A DNA stretch of 64,000 bases from Oikopleura dioica (Eukaryota > Animalia > Chordata). The DNA is taken from contig OU015568.1 in NCBI GenBank assembly GCA_907165135.1, positions 11,780,001 to 11,844,000 of the forward strand, written 5' to 3'. Below the pieces are notes generated by a model. The model was given only the letters and a program-made list of their open reading frames with translations. It was not told the DNA's origin and did no database searches. A program made the translations under genes and the position numbers. This document shows positions 60,621-64,000 of this stretch, piece after piece. Numbering within the stretch: the stretch's first letter is position 1; every line of letters starts with the position of its first letter.

Positions 60621-60881
60621 AATATCAGTCTTAATAGATAAATTATGTAAAAAAACCTCCATCAAGCTCAAATACTTCACAAAACAGCGCAACCTTACTA
60701 AAGACTGAAAAATTTCCTTTGGAGACAAAACAACTCACATCTCATATGCAGTTCACATGACGTCTTTCTTTTTTACGAATCTAATTATTATGAATGTGTA
60801 CATTTGAATAAAGCACATACAACCAAGCGGCTGAAATCAGTATGATTCCGTTTACATGTATTTTATTTTCAATATGACAGT

Positions 60882-61913
60882 CTAGTTCCCAAGGTACATC
60901 TCAACGAGCTCAACGGCTTTTTCGCCAACAAGGAAGAGAAGCTTGACGAGTTCTCGGTCGTTGTAGGCGTTGTTTCCATCGATATCAGCGGATTTAAACA
61001 CTTTTCGGATCTGAAATGAGTTGAAAAAATAAATAAAACGCGGTAGAATGGTGGCTTACCTTTCGGGTGGAAAGAGTTCGTTGGAGTTTTTGGTAAAGAC
61101 CTTGGTGACCTCGGAAGTAGACCTGAGCCTCTTCAGAGTTGATGGCTTCAAGAGCTTGCTAGAATTTTCTGTAGAAATAGAAGATTTAATATTTCTTATA
61201 CCTCGGACATTTCGTCGAAGTCGGGGAACATGGATCGTGGGAGTTCAGCATTTTGATCGCCCATAAATTGAAGACCAAGCTGCGCAGCAGTTCGCAAGAG
61301 GCAGTAAGCGCCCATTTGAAGCTCTTCGAGGGTGGTGGAACCGTCGTGATTGAGATCAATGAACTTTTCGAAGATCATTTCGGTGACAGCACTGGCTTGG
61401 TCAATTGGAAGACCCATGGCTCCAATGTCGTCCAAGGGGAAGGGAATTCGACTAAAGAACTTGTCAACAAAAAGCTTACAAAAACAAATATTGACTTGAA
61501 CTTTTTGATGCTTATTTTACGCAATCAATTTCGTTAGTTCGTTAAATGAGTACTTACGATTGAATGAGATTAATGGCCTTCTCTCGGCAAGCGAGATCAT
61601 CCTCTGGGGTGAGGACGCCATCGCCTCCGATGTCGCAGAACTCAAAATATCGTTCGAAGAGTCCGGTGTTGTCTTCCATGAAGTCTCGGTGCATCTAGTA
61701 ACTGTATTCAAAAAGAAGCTCAAGAACTCGTCTTTTACCTGCTCGTGGTCGAGGGAGTTGTACTTAGCTTCGACCATTGGCATGAATTGGGCCATCATAC
61801 CGCCCATATCCATGTCGCCCATTTGAGCCGAAGCGGCGGCTGAGATTTAAAACATTAAATTTTTCATACATTCTCTTATTCTTACCAATGATTCCTGCGG
61901 AGAAAAGCTTCAT
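60882..61913 (-). CDS. Secreted multi-EF-hand protein
   Basis: Signal peptide MKLFSAGIIAAASA. EF-loop-like motifs DIGGDGVLTPED, DLNHDGSTTLEE and DIDGNNAYNDRE. Six exons joined by short GT-AG introns. Stop at 60882-60884. Confidence 0.75.
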
Positions 61914-62660
61914 TTCTGTCTGTGGGTCAAGAACTTTGATGAGTTCTGGCCCCTGGCGTGTGGTTTTTATCTGGTCCTTGTTTATTTTTGTGCGTCGGAG
62001 ATGTTATTTATTTGGACCCGTCTTATTGAAGAGTTAGTACGCAACTTTGGAGCCGGTTTGATCTGCTCTAAGCATATTTATCACAAACAAAATGCAGCCA
62101 AAACTGGCCAAATACGGTAAAAAGAAAGCAAAGACAACCGAGTAATTAAACATGTCTGGCTTCCGAGCTTGAAAATCAAAGAAACCTTGCATTATGGGAC
62201 CGATAGAAGATACTTACCATTATTTCAAATTCATTGACCTTTAACCTTACGAAAAAAAAATGATTCTGGAAGGGGTTTTTTATGTTGATGATTGATAGGG
62301 CGCTGTATATTGATACTGATTTCTTGCCAGACACACTTGGCTTTTTTAGAAACTTGGCTCACTGACGTTGAATACAGATTCTCCTCATTTATCTTAGGAG
62401 AGATCACATGCTGATTATTGGGTTCAATTGGAACTAATAAGTTTTGTAGTCAAAGATTGTTTTTGTTAGGATTTTAGCATCTTCAATTATGACTCTGTTT
62501 AGTGCAAACACTTTCAATAGATAACCCCGTCGATAGGCAACTTTGGGCACAAAGGCGACAAAAGCGCCTTTGGTCCAGTTGTGTGTATTCAGAAATCTTT
62601 CTAGAGTGTTTCTGTTATTTGAAGATCGTTGGGAAGTAAATCTCATTCTTGCAGATTTTT

Positions 62661-64000
62661 ATGCCACGGCTCGGTCCGGCGGATTTTCCCTGCCCTGAGC
62701 CGGTCGGCCTCGTGCAGGACGCAGATGATTATCAGAGACAGTTTGATGTCAAGAACTTATTCGCAGAAAAAGTAAGTACGAAAAGCGCTGTGAATGGAAA
62801 CCATAAGATAATCAAACTGGCACGCATTGAGTATTTTTCTCGATAGAAATTTCTCACTCATAAGTGATCTCACTGGAGCATCGTAACATTGCTTCAGTTG
62901 TTTTTTACCGTATTTTTACTGCCCCAAATAAGTCGCACGGGGCTCTCTTTTCAAAAAAAAATATTATTTATTTTATATAAATAAATATTTGTCATTTATT
63001 TTTATCCTATGGTTCCGTATTAAATAAACATTATAAAACACCTTATATTTTATAAAGGATATAATACGAGAAGTGCGAAATGACAAGAAAATGCTGATCC
63101 AGGCGGGAATTCCCCAAAGCGCAGAAGAAATCAAGGAAGAGTTGATGCGCGAGATCCCGCCGCCCGAAAAGCACGAGTACGTCCAAGACATTCGAGACAG
63201 CGTCGCCACCTGTAAGAGTCTTGTCGACGATTTCATCTTCCGAGTAATGCAAGAGGACAAAACAATCAGGACGCAAACGCCTATGCTGCCGTTTTTAATC
63301 AACTCGGTTGAAATGAGAAAGAAAAGACTGGAGATTCAAGAGAGAGCCATAGAAAATGCAGCGGCTTCAGGGAAAGGGTTGAAATGAAAATGAATGAAAA
63401 AAACCATAAAAATCGAAATTCGTCCATCTATAAATATTTTTACTGAAAATTAATCTCATAAATTGTCTTCGTTATTATATTTTTTAAAAACACATTTCTC
63501 AATATCTTATATTTTTGACATCCCCAAGGGGATTATTTACGCTAAAAAGCTTTTCAACCCTTGACCAGCAAATGTATACATTCTAGCAAAAGACAACGAC
63601 ATACACAACTACGATTACGAAAAGTACCTCGAAGACCTCGAGTTTCCACCAAACATTAAAATCCAAAGCATCATCAACCGCGTTCTAAATACAAAAACGA
63701 CCCTCCATCGCCTTCGAAAAGCGCCGCAAAACATCATGAACTCAAAAGAACTTCAAAATCTATCGAACGCGTTTCTCTGGTGGATCTACGAGCGAGAATT
63801 CGGCCAGTGTCGGCGAGAGTTACTGAACGAAATCTATAGAAAAATGGCGTACTCGTTTGTTTCGCTGCTAAACATTCAAGCAGGGAACGCCCGCGACGAC
63901 ATTCTAGACCACCTGCCGACCATCGTCGCCCAAATTGTTTGGCTCGCGCTCTGGCATCAGGAAATCGGGCTACATGTGTCTCCGGAAATCTCCAGATTTT
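62661..64000 (+). CDS. FAM227-like (FWWh domain) protein, truncated by the window end
   Basis: Exons at 62661-62772, ~63058-63380 and ~63587-64000. AFLWWIYEREF…IYRKMAYSFVSLL…DDILDHLPTIVAQIVW resembles the FWWh domain. The middle junction is unresolved. Confidence 0.55.

Overview
This is compact, intron-dense eukaryotic DNA, not prokaryotic. Most introns are 37-50 bp, GA-AG and GC-AG introns are needed to build some genes, and many ATGs sit just after an AG acceptor. That fits a larvacean tunicate such as Oikopleura (inference). Bases 1-28.7 kb hold BiP/HSPA5 (3' part), a tandem LisH-like/C2H2 zinc-finger cluster, DD3-3, an N-terminally truncated ASH2L, CFAP74, a P5B ATPase, a Lines-like gene, FNBP4 and CPT1. 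Bases 30.6-60.6 kb can be assembled by hand into one gene of about 7,400-7,500 aa. Its order is: signal peptide, 2 C-type lectin domains, 9 vWD(GDPH)/C8/TIL units, acidic mucin repeats, an unrecognised ~1,100-aa aromatic/acidic region, TSP1 and SEA-like modules with furin sites, Thr/Ser tracts, and a GPI-type tail. Two different non-autonomous hAT-type transposons, each with an exact 8-bp target duplication and nested MITEs, interrupt coding exons of this gene. Each carries a splice donor in its terminal repeat that could remove it in frame. The window ends with a convergent secreted EF-hand gene and the 5' part of a FAM227-like gene. Two single-A frameshifts (CPT1 and the giant gene) may be assembly errors. 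All exon structures are manual predictions without transcript support.
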